Assembly (NCBI GenBank): GCA_021820845.1
Contig: JAKADC010000007.1
Span: 101,300-165,299, forward strand
Direction of reading: 5' to 3'
Source: Pseudomonadota bacterium
GTDB taxonomy: Bacteria > Pseudomonadota > Gammaproteobacteria > Burkholderiales > Thiobacillaceae
Length of the DNA stretch: 64,000 nt
Shown piece by piece: positions 63,601 to 64,000 of the stretch; the first letter of the stretch is position 1; every line of letters starts with the position of its first letter. The translations under genes were made by a program, and so were the position numbers. The notes beneath the pieces were generated by a model. The model did not search any database. It worked only from the letters and a program-made list of their open reading frames with translations, and was not told where the DNA came from.

Positions 63601-63789
63601 GTCCTCGACGACTTGCGGCGCCTGCCCCGCGTCGGGCGTGTAGATGATCACCTGGGCATCGGACAGGTCGGGCAGCGCGTCGAGCGGCGCCCGGGCGATG
63701 GCGTAGAGACCGCCCGCGATCAGTGCCAGCGTCGCCAGCGCGACGAGAAAGCGGTTGCGGATGGAGAGTTCGATCAGGCGCGCCAGCAT
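60640..63789 (-). CDS. cusA: Cu(I)/Ag(I) RND permease
   Basis: GAMVDAAIVMIEN, Met triad contexts YMPS / PLEMFE / IDMLSTG, GPDATGVGW. Confidence 0.95.
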   Translation of the reverse strand: MLARLIELSIRNRFLVALATLALIAGGLYAIARAPLDALPDLSDAQVIIYTPDAGQAPQVVEDQVTYPLTTAMLAVPKAKVVRGLSMFGASYVYVIFEDGTDLYWARSRVLEYLSSVRGRLPAGVTPQIGPDATGVGWVYQYALTGKNQSLADLRSLQDWYVRYQLAKAGGVAEVASVGGFVKEYQVTVDPHRLAAYGISLDKLIGVIRESNRDVGGRVVEVSEREYMVRGLGYLHGAGDIGSLVLKADGGTPVLVRDVAKVEIVPAERRGIAELNGNGEVASGIVEARFGQNALDVIAGVKAKLRDIAAGLPSGTEIVSVYDRSGLIERAIANLQDTLVEESLIVAAVCILFLLHVRSALVAIVTLPLGVLFAFVAMHFMGIGSNIMSLGGIAIAIGAMVDAAIVMIENAHKRIERLPPAAGRAERVAVIVDACKEVGPALFFSLLIITVSFLPVLTLEGQEGRLFAPLALTKTFAMAGAALLSVTLVPVLMVLFVRGRIMPEARNPVNRFLVNAYRPIIRQVLAHPVLTLALAVATLALTVLPARQIGSEFMPTLNEGTLFYMPSALPGMSVTDAAALLQTTDRIIKTFPEVESVYGKAGRADTATDPAPLEMFETVINLKPESQWRPGMTTDKLVAEMDAALKFPGVANSWSMPIKARIDMLSTGIRTPVGVKVFGKDLPTIEKLAREIEAAVKTVPGTSSAYAERVDGGYYLDIAPKREQLARYGVSVGDFQRVVAAALGGETVTTAVEGLERYNITVRYPRALRDDPYRIAHEVYVPTGTGMVPLGQVADIVIRGGPPAIKTENALLAAYVYVDIRDRDVGSYVEDAQRAVAEKVKFPPGYYATWSGQYEYMQRAKAKLKLVIPATLLIIFALLYLNFNRLAETLIVMLSVPFALVGGIWLMWWLGYNMSVAVAVGFIALAGVAAETGVVMLIYLDQAWTRIRAERQAEGREPAVADLYLAIVEGAVERVRPKMMTVVAIMAGLLPIMWGHGTGSDVMRRIAAPMVGGMISSTILTLGVIPAIYALVKRRRLASELSEKAERKA

Positions 63790-63790
63790 G

Positions 63791-64000
63791 TCAGGGGCCG
63801 TCCCGATCGATCCCGGTGACGACGTAGTCGCCCTGCCCGCGCGCCTCCAGTTCGAAGCGGATCGGCGTGTGCGGCGCCAGTCCTCTCGCCAGGCCGGCGT
63901 CCGCCAGGCGGAAGTCCATCGTCATGCCGGGCCATTGCAGTTCCGGAATCGCCTGGTGCGTGATGGTGACGGTGCCGGCGCCGACATCGATCGAATCCAG
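63791..64000 (-). CDS. 3' end of a probable CusB-type adaptor carrying a CusF-like domain (partial)
   Basis: Manual translation LDSIDVGAGTVTITHQAIPELQWPGMTMDFRLA...GP*, with the CusF H/W/M/M ligand pattern; stop 2 nt before the cusA start. Confidence 0.75.
   Translation of the reverse strand: MDSIDVGAGTVTITHQAIPELQWPGMTMDFRLADAGLARGLAPHTPIRFELEARGQGDYVVTGIDRDGP

Overview
GC-rich betaproteobacterial chromosome segment; gene order and protein sequences look Thiobacillus-like (inference). From left to right: (1) a 3'-truncated Type IIG-like fused restriction-modification gene starting 2 nt after the xth stop; (2) core genes pyrE, gatCAB, mreBCD-mrdA-rodA-rlpA-dac-dat-ybeD-lipB...lipA, nodIJ-like ABC exporter, aroB-dgt, comF, bioBFHCD; (3) a ~16 kb respiratory cluster with an aa3-type (cox) and a cbb3-type (cco) oxidase joined by an Rrf2-SCO pair; (4) an accessory TCS + TolC/MFP/CzcA-type RND block; (5) rpoH with a perfect CIRCE; (6) an accessory thiol-redox/copper block (CxxCxC beta-barrel, two TlpA redoxins, frameshifted AhpD/CMD, cusA, partial cusB-cusF). 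No rRNA, tRNA, CRISPR array, transposase or integrase was recognised. The most notable signals are a YbiB/TrpD2-like + Rieske pair inserted between lipB and lipA behind an IscR type-1-like box, a DacA homologue with all three catalytic motifs degenerate, an unannotated 35-aa membrane peptide after ccoS, RegA-like boxes at both oxidase promoters, and a REP-like insert in frame in gatB. All calls were made by eye; no database searches were run.
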